Source: Candidatus Eiseniibacteriota bacterium (GTDB taxonomy: Bacteria; Eisenbacteria; RBG-16-71-46). From it: a stretch of DNA of 64,000 nt. The position numbers were made by a program, and so were the translations under genes. Positions 29,598 through 39,469 of this stretch are shown here, piece after piece. The DNA is taken from positions 32,001 to 96,000 of the forward strand of contig CAVUWA010000002.1 of assembly GCA_963744995.1 (NCBI GenBank), written 5' to 3'. The notes beneath the pieces are model-generated. The model worked only from the letters and a program-made list of their open reading frames with translations. It did no database searches and was not told the DNA's origin. Each line of letters begins with the position of its first letter. The first letter of the stretch is position 1.

Positions 29598-29625
29598 TTG
29601 ACGCTGCCCGAAACGCCCCTATACT
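29598..29625 (+). promoter_or_regulatory. Sigma-70-type promoter
   Basis: TTGACG-N16-TATACT about 120 nt upstream of CDS 29746. Confidence 0.65.
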
Positions 29626-29745
29626 GGGCACTTCCAGACCCGAACCCCCGCAGGCCCGGCCCGCCCGGGGCGCGCCGCACGCCCGGCCCGTCCTCGCGAC
29701 CCGCGGCCGGCCCGCTTTCACCCGTATCGAACCGGAGATCCGCCC

Positions 29746-30552
29746 ATGGAAGCCACTACGACCAGACTCGTCGGCTACAGCGTCAAGAACGGCGTCGCCA
29801 CGATCGAGCTGACCAACGCGCCGATGAACTGCTACACGTTCGAGATGATGGCGCAGCTCGACGAGGCGATCATCAAGGCCCGATTCGACGAGAGCGTGCA
29901 CGTCATCGTGCTGCGCGGCGCGGGCGAGAAGGTGTTCTGCGCGGGCGCCGACATCAACATGCTCAATTCGGTGACGCCGACCTTCAAGTACTTCTTCTGC
30001 CTGCACGCGAACGAGACGCTCAACCGCCTCGAGCACACGCCCAAACTGGTGATCGCCGCGCTCAACGGCCACACGGTCGGCGGCGGACTCGAGATCGCGA
30101 TGGCGGCGGACCTCCGCATCGCGCGCCAGAACGGCGGCAAGGTCGGCCTGCCGGAAGTGAACCTCGGCGTGCTCCCGGGCACGGGCGGCACGCAGCGCCT
30201 GACGCGCCTCGTCAACAAGTCGCAGGCGATCGAGCTGATGGTGACGGGCAACGTGATCGACTTCGATCACGCGAAGACGCTGGGGATCATCAACGACGTG
30301 TGGGAGGCGGCGGGCACCGACGACTTCATGGCGAAGGTCCAGACCTACGCCGAAGGGTTCTGCCCGCCGAACAAGGCGTCGAAGGCGGTCGGCCGGATCA
30401 AGCGCTCGGTGCAGTCGGGCAGCGAGGTGCCGTTCGAGTCGGCACTGGCGATCGAACGCGAGCTGCAGCAGCAGCTGTTCCAGAGCGAAGACGCGAAGGA
30501 AGGCATCGCCGCCTACGTCGAGAAGCGCAAGGCGAAGTTCGCGGGCAAGTAA
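29746..30552 (+). CDS. Enoyl-CoA hydratase/isomerase family protein
   Basis: [32 protein letters not shown]. Confidence 0.88.
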   Translation: MEATTTRLVGYSVKNGVATIELTNAPMNCYTFEMMAQLDEAIIKARFDESVHVIVLRGAGEKVFCAGADINMLNSVTPTFKYFFCLHANETLNRLEHTPKLVIAALNGHTVGGGLEIAMAADLRIARQNGGKVGLPEVNLGVLPGTGGTQRLTRLVNKSQAIELMVTGNVIDFDHAKTLGIINDVWEAAGTDDFMAKVQTYAEGFCPPNKASKAVGRIKRSVQSGSEVPFESALAIERELQQQLFQSEDAKEGIAAYVEKRKAKFAGK

Positions 30553-30662
30553 GCCCGGGCACCACTGCCGGCGACGGCCGTCCGCGTGACAGCGCGGGCG
30601 GCCGTTTCGCGCGCCGGGCAGCGGCTCGGGTCCGCCTCCAGGGTCGACTGAAGCACGCGGGC

Positions 30663-30802
30663 CGCGGGTCCGGAATCCGCTGCCGGTAAGTCCCGCGGCG
30701 CGCGGTGGAGCCATGGATGGCGGGCGCGGCCGTCGGACAAACGAGGCCCGGCCAGGAAGGCCGCGCCGAAGTGTCTCCCCGGCAGCGGATTCCGGACCCG
30801 CG
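30663..30802. repeat. 24-bp perfect inverted repeat pair flanking 92 bp (MITE/REPIN-like)
   Basis: CGCGGGTCCGGAATCCGCTGCCGG at 30663-30686 and its exact reverse complement at 30779-30802. Confidence 0.8.
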
Positions 30803-30914
30803 CCCGTCGCCCCATGGAAGGCCGCCCGCGCCGTCGGTGATGCGCCCGCATGCCTCTTTGGAAAACCCTGACAACGCGCATTCGCCCGCCGCGCCTGCGC
30901 TATAGTCTTTCGCC

Positions 30915-32087
30915 ATGACTCGTTCCATCACCGTCGCCGTGCTGCTGCTCGCATGCCTGCCCGCGCTCGCAGGCGCACAGGGCGCCGATTCCACGCGGAT
31001 TCCGCTGACCGTTCCCGGGCGACCGGCGCCGGTGGACACCCTTCCGGATCCGGGCGAGCGGGCGCTCGAGTTCTACCGGCGCGGCGTGGCGTTCGAGAAG
31101 CTCGGCAAGAAGGAGGCGGCGCTGTTCGCGTTCCAGAACTGCGTGCTCGCCGATCGCACGTTTCCCGATGCCTACTACCGGCTCGGCGGGCTGTTCCTCG
31201 ACGTCGGCAACGTCGAGAAGGCGCGGCAGTGCTTCGAGGCCGAGCTGCGCAACTCGCCGAAGCACGAGCAGGCGTCGCGCGAGCTGGGGCTCGCGCTGGC
31301 GCGGCTCGGGCACGCGAAGCAGGGGCTGCCGCGGCTCGTGAAGTATCGCGACGCGCATCCCGCGGAGGGCCTCGCCTGGTACGAGCTCGGCTACGCCTAC
31401 ATGGAGGCCGGGGATCCCGCGAAGGCCGAACGGGCGATGGAAAAGGCGGTCGAGATCGGTCCGCCGAATCCCGTCTGGCATCGCGATCTCGGTGCGATCT
31501 ACGCGGCGCGGGGCGCGGACGATGCGGCGCGGCGCGAATACGCGGCGGCGCTCGAGATCAGCCCCACCAACCCCACTCCGCTGATCAACCTCGGCAACCT
31601 CGAGCGCCGCGCCGGCCACGCCCGCGCGGCCCTCGAGGCGTACCGGCGCGCCGAAGCGATCGACAGCACGCTGCACTTCGCCTACAACGGGCAGGCGCTG
31701 GTGCTGCGCGATCTCGGCCGCCAGGACGAAGCCGCAGCCGTCTACCGCCGCTGGCTCAAGAAGCGCCCGGGCGACCACGGCGCGCGGCTCGAGGCGGTGA
31801 AGTTCTTCCAGGCGATCGCGCTGCCGGAGCAGGGGCTGCAGCTCGCGCGCGAAGGCGTCGAGCGGAACCCGAAATCCGGCGACGCCCGCATGGTGCTCGC
31901 CATTGCGCTGAACGGCGTGGGGAAGAAGGACGAGGCGCTCGCCGAGCTGCATCGCGCGAAAGAGATGTTCATCGTTCCCGCCGATCGTGCGCAGGTCGAT
32001 CGGCTCATCGAGCAGTTGAAGAGCGGCGCGGCCGATTCGAGTGCGGCCCCGGGCGGCGCGGCCGGCGCTCCGCAGGGCGCGCCGTGA
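30915..32087 (+). CDS. Secreted tetratricopeptide-repeat protein
   Basis: Signal peptide; successive TPR units (AYYRLG, AWYELG, LINLG, AYNG). Confidence 0.85.
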   Translation: MTRSITVAVLLLACLPALAGAQGADSTRIPLTVPGRPAPVDTLPDPGERALEFYRRGVAFEKLGKKEAALFAFQNCVLADRTFPDAYYRLGGLFLDVGNVEKARQCFEAELRNSPKHEQASRELGLALARLGHAKQGLPRLVKYRDAHPAEGLAWYELGYAYMEAGDPAKAERAMEKAVEIGPPNPVWHRDLGAIYAARGADDAARREYAAALEISPTNPTPLINLGNLERRAGHARAALEAYRRAEAIDSTLHFAYNGQALVLRDLGRQDEAAAVYRRWLKKRPGDHGARLEAVKFFQAIALPEQGLQLAREGVERNPKSGDARMVLAIALNGVGKKDEALAELHRAKEMFIVPADRAQVDRLIEQLKSGAADSSAAPGGAAGAPQGAP

Positions 32088-32851
32088 GCGGGCCGCTGCG
32101 CATCGCCCGCTCGGGCGGCGTCGTGCGCCTCTCGCTGTCCTCGCCGCCGCTCAACGTGCTCGATCGCGAGTCGAATCGTGCGATCGCGGCCGCGGTCCAT
32201 GCGCATTCGAAGGATGCGAGCGTCGTCGCCATGGTGCTCGATGGCGCCGGCGCGAAGGGTTTCTCGGCCGGTGTCGCAGTCGCCGACCACACGCCCGATC
32301 GCGTCGCCGGCATGCTCGAGGACTTCCATGCGGCGGTGCGCGCGCTGTGGCGCGCGGAGTGCCCGACGTTCGCCGCGGTGCACGGCTTCGCGCTCGGCGG
32401 CGGACTCGAGCTCGCGCTGGCATGCGACATGGTGGTGGTGGAGGCGGACGCGAAGCTCGGCTTCCCGGAGATCCGGCTCGGCGCGTACCCGCCGGTCGCC
32501 GCGACGCTGCTGCCCGGCCGGATCGGCTGGGCCGCCGCGTGCGAGCTGGTGCTCACCGGCGAGAACGTGGGCGCGGAGCGTGCGCTGGCGCTCGGGCTCG
32601 TGAACCGCGTCGTGCCGCCGGGCGCGCTGGAGAAGGCGGTCGACGACATGCTGCGCCCGCTGCTCGCGCTGAGCCCGGCCGTGGTGCGCGAAGCGAAGCG
32701 CGCGCTGCGCGAGGGCGCGACGCCGGCGCCCGGCACCGCGCTCGCGCGCATCGAGGAGCGCTATCTCGATTCGCTGATGAAGCTCGCGGACGCCGGCGAG
32801 GGAATCCGCGCGTTCATGGAAAAGCGGCCGCCGCGCTTCGAGAATCGGTAG
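32084..32851 (+). CDS. Enoyl-CoA hydratase family (dienoyl-CoA hydratase-like)
   Basis: PPLNVLD, FSAGVAVADH...MLEDFH, GGGLELA, GFPEIRLG; GTGA overlap with the TPR gene. Confidence 0.8.
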   Translation: MSGPLRIARSGGVVRLSLSSPPLNVLDRESNRAIAAAVHAHSKDASVVAMVLDGAGAKGFSAGVAVADHTPDRVAGMLEDFHAAVRALWRAECPTFAAVHGFALGGGLELALACDMVVVEADAKLGFPEIRLGAYPPVAATLLPGRIGWAAACELVLTGENVGAERALALGLVNRVVPPGALEKAVDDMLRPLLALSPAVVREAKRALREGATPAPGTALARIEERYLDSLMKLADAGEGIRAFMEKRPPRFENR

Positions 32852-33028
32852 GCGTCGTGGAGGTTCGGCCGGCGGCGGGCGTGGCGCCGTCGCGGCCCAT
32901 GCCGCGCCGCTTGCGGTGCACGAACCGCTCGGGCTAGGCTCGGTCACCGCCGCGCAGGGAAGCCTCCGGTTTCCGTTCCGCGGGTCGGCCCCGGCCGGTC
33001 GCGGCCCTCACCCGTTCCCTGAAAGCCC

Positions 33029-34048
33029 ATGAACGAGACCGCCCACACCATCCATCTTGCCGGACCGCGCGGCTTCTGCGCGGGTGTCGACCGCGCCATC
33101 GACATCGTCGAGATGGCGCTCGAGGTGTTCGGTGCGCCGGTCTACGTGCGGCACGAGATCGTGCACAACCGGCACGTGGTGGAGGCGCTGCGCGAGAAGG
33201 GCGCGGTGTTCGTGGACGAGCTCGCCGACGTGCCCGCGGGCGCGCACGTGATCTTCTCGGCGCACGGCGTGTCGCCGGCGGTGCGCGAGGAGGCCGCGAG
33301 CCGCGGGCTGCGCGCGATGGACGCGACCTGCCCGCTGGTGACCAAGGTGCATCTCGAGGCGCTGCGCCACGCGAAGAAGGGTTACACGATCGCGCTCGTC
33401 GGACATCGGAATCACGTCGAGGTGCAGGGCACGCTCGGCGAGGCGCCCGAGCACATCGTCGTGGTCGAGGACGTCGCGGAAGCCGAGGCGCTCCAGGTGG
33501 CGGACCCCGACAAGGTGGCCTACATCACGCAGACCACGCTTTCGGTCGACGACTGCCGCGCGATCGTCGAGGTGCTGCGGCGCCGCTTTCCGACGATCAG
33601 CGAGCCGGCGAAGAACGACATCTGCTACGCGACGCAGAACCGGCAGAACGCGGTCAAGGAGCTGTCGCGGCGCGCGGCCGTCGTGCTGGTGGTCGGCGCG
33701 CCGGCGAGCAGCAACGCCAACCGTCTCGTCGAGGTCGCGGCGCAGCACGGCGCGACCGCGTACCTGATCGAAGCGCCCGAGGACATCCGGCCGGAATGGA
33801 TCCACGGTGACGTCGGCATCACCGCCGGCGCGTCGACGCCCGAGCACGTCGTGCAGGGTTGCGTCGAGCGCGTGCGGTCGATGGGCGAGTACCGCGTCGA
33901 GGAATTCCGCCTGGTCGAGGAGCGCGTGATGTTCCCGCTGCCGGGGGATCTGCTCGTCGCCGCGAAGGCGCGCGGCGTCGAAGTCGGTTCCGGCAACGCG
34001 CGCGCCGCCGAACGCGCACAGAACGAGTTCAAGATCCGCCACCACTGA
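33029..34048 (+). CDS. ispH: 4-hydroxy-3-methylbut-2-enyl diphosphate reductase
   Basis: PRGFCAGVDRAI, HEIVHN, DATCPLV, DICYATQNRQ, SSN, TAGASTP. Confidence 0.97.
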   Translation: MNETAHTIHLAGPRGFCAGVDRAIDIVEMALEVFGAPVYVRHEIVHNRHVVEALREKGAVFVDELADVPAGAHVIFSAHGVSPAVREEAASRGLRAMDATCPLVTKVHLEALRHAKKGYTIALVGHRNHVEVQGTLGEAPEHIVVVEDVAEAEALQVADPDKVAYITQTTLSVDDCRAIVEVLRRRFPTISEPAKNDICYATQNRQNAVKELSRRAAVVLVVGAPASSNANRLVEVAAQHGATAYLIEAPEDIRPEWIHGDVGITAGASTPEHVVQGCVERVRSMGEYRVEEFRLVEERVMFPLPGDLLVAAKARGVEVGSGNARAAERAQNEFKIRHH

Positions 34049-34082
34049 TGCGTCGCACGTGCGCCCGCGGAGGGCGCGGCCG

Positions 34083-34883
34083 ATGATCCTGCCCAAAGTG
34101 CTCCTGGTGCCGAACCGGGTGACGCTGCTGCTCGACGAGCACCGCGGCCATCGCACGCCGATGCTGGAGGCGCTCGATGAAGAGGCGCTGTGGCTCGGCG
34201 AGTCAGCCCCCGACGTGATCGTCGCGCTGAGTGCACGCTGGAAGAGCGAAGGAGCCTTCCTGATCGACGAAGGCAGACGCCACCAGACGATCACCGACTA
34301 CTCGGGGTTCGGCGTGGAAGTGCGCTACGACTGCGCCGGGCACCAGGCGCTGGCCCGCGCGCTGGCCGAGGCGGGGAAGCAGGCGGGACTTCGCGCCGCG
34401 ACCACGGTGCGCGGAATCGACAGCGGCATCTCGGTGCCGCTGCACTTCCTCGCCCGCAGCCGCCGCCACCCGGTGGTGCCGCTGGGCCTCGGCGATCATC
34501 CGCCCGCCGCGTGCCGGCGCTGGGGCGCCGTGCTGCGCACGACGCTCGCGGCGCGTGAGGAACGCGTCGCGTTCATCGTCGGCGGCATGCTGTCCAACAA
34601 CGAACACGAGTGGAACCTCAAGCGCGCCGTGCCCGAAGCGGAGACGCTCGACGAAGCGGTGCTGGGCGCGCTGAAGAGCGGCGACTGGAACGCGGTGCAC
34701 ACGCACCGGAAGAGCGTGCTGGCGCGGGCGCGGCCCGAGGCCGCGCTGCGCCACCTGGACGTGATCCACGGCTTCCTTGGCGACGAGGGGCGCGGCGTCG
34801 TGCGCACCTACGAAGCCGGGCCGGGCGTCGGCGCCGCGCTCGTGTCGTTCGAGCTCGGCGCGGCGTCGCCCGCCGGCGCCTGA
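34083..34883 (+). CDS. LigB/DODA-fold extradiol dioxygenase-like protein (canonical His ligands substituted)
   Basis: PDVIVALSARW, TITDYSGF...YDC.G...LA, RGIDSGISVPL, GGMLSNN, D...L..L..GDW. Confidence 0.7.
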   Translation: MILPKVLLVPNRVTLLLDEHRGHRTPMLEALDEEALWLGESAPDVIVALSARWKSEGAFLIDEGRRHQTITDYSGFGVEVRYDCAGHQALARALAEAGKQAGLRAATTVRGIDSGISVPLHFLARSRRHPVVPLGLGDHPPAACRRWGAVLRTTLAAREERVAFIVGGMLSNNEHEWNLKRAVPEAETLDEAVLGALKSGDWNAVHTHRKSVLARARPEAALRHLDVIHGFLGDEGRGVVRTYEAGPGVGAALVSFELGAASPAGA

Positions 34884-34889
34884 AGCGCC

Positions 34890-36173
34890 GTGCGCATCCT
34901 ATTCGTCAACGCGTTCCACTATCTGCGCGGCGGCGTCGAACGCACCTACTTCGATGAGACGCGCTGGCTCGCCGCGGCCGGACACGAGGTCCGGCACTTC
35001 GCGATCCAGGACACCCGCAACCTGCCGAGCGAGTCGGCGCCGTTCTTCGCCCCGGCGGTGGACTACGGAGAGGGCGCGCCGCTCGGCCGGCAGGTCGGCC
35101 ACATGGCCGACGCGCTGTGGTCGGCGCCCGCGGCCGCGGCGCTGCGGCGTCTGCTGTCGACGTTCCGGCCCGACGTGGCGCACGTGCACGCGCCGAGCCG
35201 CTACCTCACGCCTTCGGTGCTGCGCCCGCTCGAAGCGGCGCGCGTGCCGATCGTGATGACGCTGCACGATTTCAAGCCGTGGTGCACGAATCGCGTGCTG
35301 TTCGCGCGCGGGGCGCCGTGCGAGCGCTGCCGCGGTGGGGCGCACTGGCACGCGGCGGCGACCGGCTGCGTACAGGGTTCACATCTGAAGAGCGCGGTCG
35401 GCAGCATCGAGGCGTATCTGCACGACGCGCTCGGAGCCTACCGCGCGGTGCGGCTGTGGATCGCGCCGTCGGCGTTCGTGCGCGACAAAGCCGCATCGCT
35501 CGGCGCACCGCGCGAGCGCTTGCGCCTGCTGCGCCACGGCGTGGAACGTGAACCCGAGCCGCCGGCGACGACGCGGGGGCCGACCACGCGCGAAGCCGTG
35601 AGCGAGACGCCGCCGCCGCCCGCGCGCGCGCCGCTCGCGATTCCGCGGCAGCGCTACGTGCTCTTTGCGGGACGGCTTTCGATCGAGAAAGGCGTGCGGC
35701 TGCTGCCGCGGGTGGCCGCGGCGATCGGCGAGACGCCGCTGCTGGTGGCGGGGGAAGGGCCGCTGTTCGCCGACATGGAGCACGCCGCGCAGTCGCAGCG
35801 CAACATCCGTCTGCTCGGCCACCTGTCGGGCGCGGATCTGGCTGCAGTGCTCGCGCACGCCGCCGTCGTCGTGGTGCCGTCGCTGTTCTACGAGACGTAC
35901 TGCTACGCCGTCGCCGAGGCGCAGCTCGACGGCCGGGTCGTGGTCGCCTCGCGCATCGGCGCGATTCCGGAACTGGTCGAGCACGAGGTGACCGGCCTGC
36001 TCGCCGCGCCCGGGGACGCCGAGGCGCTGGCGGGTGCCGTCACGCGCGCGCTCGACGACCCTGCGGCGCAGGGCTGGGCGGAGGCGGGCCGGCACCGGGT
36101 CGCGGCGGACGGCGACCCGGCGAAGCACGTGGCGGGGCTCACCGCCATCTACGAGCAGGCGCTCGGCCGCTGA
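34890..36173 (+). CDS. Glycosyltransferase family 4
   Basis: MRIL...GGVE, VMTLHD, GRLSIEKG, PS..YE...EA...SRIGAIPE. Confidence 0.9.
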   Translation: MRILFVNAFHYLRGGVERTYFDETRWLAAAGHEVRHFAIQDTRNLPSESAPFFAPAVDYGEGAPLGRQVGHMADALWSAPAAAALRRLLSTFRPDVAHVHAPSRYLTPSVLRPLEAARVPIVMTLHDFKPWCTNRVLFARGAPCERCRGGAHWHAAATGCVQGSHLKSAVGSIEAYLHDALGAYRAVRLWIAPSAFVRDKAASLGAPRERLRLLRHGVEREPEPPATTRGPTTREAVSETPPPPARAPLAIPRQRYVLFAGRLSIEKGVRLLPRVAAAIGETPLLVAGEGPLFADMEHAAQSQRNIRLLGHLSGADLAAVLAHAAVVVVPSLFYETYCYAVAEAQLDGRVVVASRIGAIPELVEHEVTGLLAAPGDAEALAGAVTRALDDPAAQGWAEAGRHRVAADGDPAKHVAGLTAIYEQALGR

Positions 36174-36179
36174 GCGGCG

Positions 36180-36770
36180 TCATTTCTGCGCGCCGAACGG
36201 CCAGGCCTCGAGGCCGGCTTCCAGCTCGACGCCGAGCGCCGAGACCACGCGATTGACGTGGCCGTAGAAGGCGGTGATCTCGGTGGCCTTGAGGATCATC
36301 GGGTCGTCGAAGCCGTATTCGCGGATCCGCTCGATGTCGTCGAGTTTGCGCTCACCGGGCTCGCAGGTCAGCGCGACGGCGTAATCGAGCAGTACGCGAT
36401 CGCGCGCGGTGAGGTTCGACTCGCGGTAGTCCATCGCCACGGCGCGCGCCAGCGCCTCGTCACCGAGCGCCTTCGCGAGCCGCGGCCCGTGATGCGCGAC
36501 GCAGTAACCGCAGCCGTTGGTGGCCGACACGACCAGCGCGATCAGCTCCGCCTGCGCCGCCGAGAGCGGCGCCGGCGCGTGCATCAGCGCCTCGTAGAGC
36601 GCATAGGTCGCCGCAAGGCCGGCAGGATCGAGGCCCTGTGCCTGCCACACGTTCGAGATCTGCGCACGCGAGGACTGCGCGAGGATGTGCTCGTAGGTTT
36701 CGGCGAGCGGAGGCTGCGCGTCGTCCGGCGCGACGCGGCCGACCCAGTGCGGAACGCTTTCCTTCGACAT
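36180..36770 (-). CDS. Peroxidase-related AhpD/CMD-family protein
   Basis: ELIALVVSATNGCGYCVAHH; NRVVSALG. Confidence 0.85.
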   Translation of the reverse strand: MSKESVPHWVGRVAPDDAQPPLAETYEHILAQSSRAQISNVWQAQGLDPAGLAATYALYEALMHAPAPLSAAQAELIALVVSATNGCGYCVAHHGPRLAKALGDEALARAVAMDYRESNLTARDRVLLDYAVALTCEPGERKLDDIERIREYGFDDPMILKATEITAFYGHVNRVVSALGVELEAGLEAWPFGAQK

Positions 36771-36966
36771 GCATCGCATGCTAGCGAGTGGCGTCCGCGC
36801 GCCGCAAGCGCGGGCCGGGCCGGCGTCCACGCGCGGGCGGCGCCGGCGCGCGGTTGGAGTAAGATCGGACCGAACCGCGGGGACGCGAAGACGCCCGGAC
36901 ATCCGCTCCGGGACGACGCCGCGCCGCGGTTCCGGAGCCTTCCGAACGCAAGGAGCGGGTGAAGTC

Positions 36967-37488
36967 ATGAAGATGCTGGTGCCGATGATCGCGATCGTGC
37001 TGGCCGCGGGGACGACCACGCCGGCGAGCGAGACGCAGCAGGCGCCGCCGGCGATCCCGGCGGAGCAGACCCGGCCGGTCGCGCCGGTGGTCGACTCGTT
37101 CCTCACCGAGGATCTCGAGGACATCAACGCCGGGATCGAACGCGCCGCCGACGCGGACGAGGAGTGGGTGACCGACCCGGTGCGCATTGCGATGAACGTG
37201 GTGGAGCAGGGCCCCGACGCGATCGACGAGCGGCGTTACCTGCAGATCACCTACGAGGGCGGCGGCCCGCATGGGAACACCGCCGTCGTGACGGTCGTCA
37301 CCGACGGCTACCTCGACGATTCGATGCGCGGCGAGTGGTGCCGCTTCGCGATGGCGAAGGAGGACGACGGCTCCTGGCGGGTGACGGAGTTCCGCCATGC
37401 ATGGCGCTGCTGGCGCGGCCGCGTGACGGATTCGGGCAGGACGACGGCGGAGCACCTCGATCACTTCACCAGCGACCGCTGCCTGTGA
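36967..37488 (+). CDS. Secreted hypothetical protein
   Basis: Signal peptide; WVTDP...GYLDDS...W...WRCWRGR...C. Confidence 0.65.
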   Translation: MKMLVPMIAIVLAAGTTTPASETQQAPPAIPAEQTRPVAPVVDSFLTEDLEDINAGIERAADADEEWVTDPVRIAMNVVEQGPDAIDERRYLQITYEGGGPHGNTAVVTVVTDGYLDDSMRGEWCRFAMAKEDDGSWRVTEFRHAWRCWRGRVTDSGRTTAEHLDHFTSDRCL

Positions 37489-37970
37489 GCGGGGCGCGAC
37501 GCAAGGAAGTGACCCCCGGCCAATCCGGGCGTGCGAGCCTCGCGGTGCTCGCCGTGTTCGTGGCCGTGCTGCTCGCCGGCCTCGTCACCTGGTGGCGCTC
37601 GACGCATCGCGCGACCGAGCCGCCGTCGGTGCCGGCGGCGCCCGAGGAGGCGATCGGCCTGGCGCTCGGCGCGGCGGAGCCGGATTCCACGGCGATCAAG
37701 ACCAAATGGGTGGAAACCGTGCCCGACCTCGACCTCACGGCGCTCGATCCCGGGCGGCGCGAGACGTTCGTGCGCTTCATCAATGCACGGTTCTGCGAGT
37801 GCGGCTGCGGCTACACGCTCGGCGCGTGCCGCAATTTCGACCCGACCTGCGAGTACAGCGGACCGCTGGTCGCGGCGCTGTTCGACTCGGTGCGGGCCGG
37901 CGCCCGCTTCGACCTCGCCGGACTGCGCCCGCGCCCGGACGACACCCGGCCGGGGGGCGGCGCGAACTGA
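37485..37970 (+). CDS. Membrane-anchored protein with a CxCGC-x5-C-x6-C cluster
   Basis: TM helix then FCECGCGYTLGACRNFDPTC; GTGA overlap with upstream gene (alternative start 37509). Confidence 0.6.
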   Translation: MSGARRKEVTPGQSGRASLAVLAVFVAVLLAGLVTWWRSTHRATEPPSVPAAPEEAIGLALGAAEPDSTAIKTKWVETVPDLDLTALDPGRRETFVRFINARFCECGCGYTLGACRNFDPTCEYSGPLVAALFDSVRAGARFDLAGLRPRPDDTRPGGGAN

Positions 37971-38115
37971 ATCCCCGCCGCGGCCCGGGGCATCCGAGAA
38001 ATCGTGTCCGGCGCGCGGCCCACGGGGGCCACGGAACCGCCCCTGAAGGCCCCCGCCGCTCTCGGCCCGTGCCCCGAACTGACGACGTAACAATCATTTG
38101 AAGCGCAGCCACCGG

Positions 38116-38144
38116 TTGACACCCGCTGCGGCCGGGGCTAAGTT
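38116..38144 (+). promoter_or_regulatory. Sigma-70-type promoter of the SOD gene
   Basis: TTGACA-N17-TAAGTT. Confidence 0.7.
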
Positions 38145-38222
38145 CAGCGGGTACCCCAAGGACACATACCGCCGCGCGCGGCGAGGTGCCGCGCGGGATC
38201 GATATGAAGAAGGAGGTCCAGC

Positions 38223-38837
38223 ATGCCGTTCCCCAAGCTGACCGCGAAGCCGTTCGATTCGATCCGTGAACTCAATGGAATCTCGAAGCGGACGATGGAA
38301 GAGCACTACGAGCTGTACAAGGGCTACGTCGCGAAGACGAACGAGATCCAGGAGAAACTGAACGGCGCGGATCGCGCCTCGGCGAACCAGACCTACAGCG
38401 AGCTGCGTGCGCTGCGCGCGGACCTGTCGTTCGCGATCGGCGGCGTGAAGAACCACGAGATCTATTTCGGCCACCTGGGCGGCAAGGGCGGCGCGCCGAG
38501 CGGCAAGCTCGCCGAGCTGCTCAATCGCGACTTCCCGTCGTTCGACAAGTGGCTCGAGGACTTCAAGGCCTCCGGGCTGGCGGCGCGCGGCTGGGTGTGG
38601 CTCGCCTACGACCACGACTGGAGCACGCTGACGACCGCGCTCGGCGACGCGCAGAACACGTTCCCGATCTGGAACGCGACGCCGATCCTGGCGCTGGACG
38701 TGTACGAGCACGCGTACTGGTTCGACTACGGTCGGGCCCGGGCGAAGTACATCGAGGCATTCTTCAACAACCTGGACTGGAACGTGGTCGCGCAGAATCT
38801 CGAGAAGGCGCTGGCCATGCAGCCGGTCGCGCGGTAG
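38223..38837 (+). CDS. Fe/Mn-family superoxide dismutase
   Basis: EEHY, GGVKNHEIYF, GWVWL, LALDVYEHAY; AGGAGG RBS. Confidence 0.88.
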   Translation: MPFPKLTAKPFDSIRELNGISKRTMEEHYELYKGYVAKTNEIQEKLNGADRASANQTYSELRALRADLSFAIGGVKNHEIYFGHLGGKGGAPSGKLAELLNRDFPSFDKWLEDFKASGLAARGWVWLAYDHDWSTLTTALGDAQNTFPIWNATPILALDVYEHAYWFDYGRARAKYIEAFFNNLDWNVVAQNLEKALAMQPVAR

Positions 38838-38909
38838 ACGACGCTCACCGGGGCACACGCCCCTCCAGCCGGGCTCCCACGGGGGCCCGGCTGTGCTTCC
38901 GGAGGATGC

Positions 38910-39389
38910 ATGGCTGCGAGCCTGTTGCCCGTCATCGGAAAACCCGCACCGGACTTCACGCTGCCGTCGACGACCGGTGAACCGATCTCGCTCAAGCAGT
39001 ACAAGAACAAGAAGACCGTGGTGCTGTACTTCTATCCGAAGGACGAAACCCCCGGGTGCACGAAGGAAGCGTGTGCGTTTCGCGATCTCAACGACGAGAT
39101 GGCGAAGCACAATGTGGTGATCCTCGGCGTCTCCACCGACTCGATCGAGTCGCACAACGGCTTCCGCGAGAAGCACAAGCTGCCGTTCACGCTGCTTTCC
39201 GACGAGGACGCCACGGTGTCGAAGCAGTACGGCGTCTACAAGCAGAAGAACCTGTACGGCAAGAAGTACATGGGCATCGAGCGCACGACGTTCATCATCG
39301 ACCGCACCGGCCGGGTGGCGCAGATCTACCCGCGCGTGAAGGTCGATGGCCACGCGCAGGACGTTCTCGAGTTCGTGCGCGAGGACTGA
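38910..39389 (+). CDS. bcp: Thioredoxin-dependent peroxiredoxin BCP
   Basis: VLYFYPKDETPGCTKEACAFRD, GIERTTFIID. Confidence 0.92.
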   Translation: MAASLLPVIGKPAPDFTLPSTTGEPISLKQYKNKKTVVLYFYPKDETPGCTKEACAFRDLNDEMAKHNVVILGVSTDSIESHNGFREKHKLPFTLLSDEDATVSKQYGVYKQKNLYGKKYMGIERTTFIIDRTGRVAQIYPRVKVDGHAQDVLEFVRED

Positions 39390-39469
39390 CGCCACGCTCC
39401 CGGCGGCCGCGACGCGCGTGACGCATCCGGATCCTCCCGCGTTGCGGGCGGCGCGGCGCTGAGGCGCGG

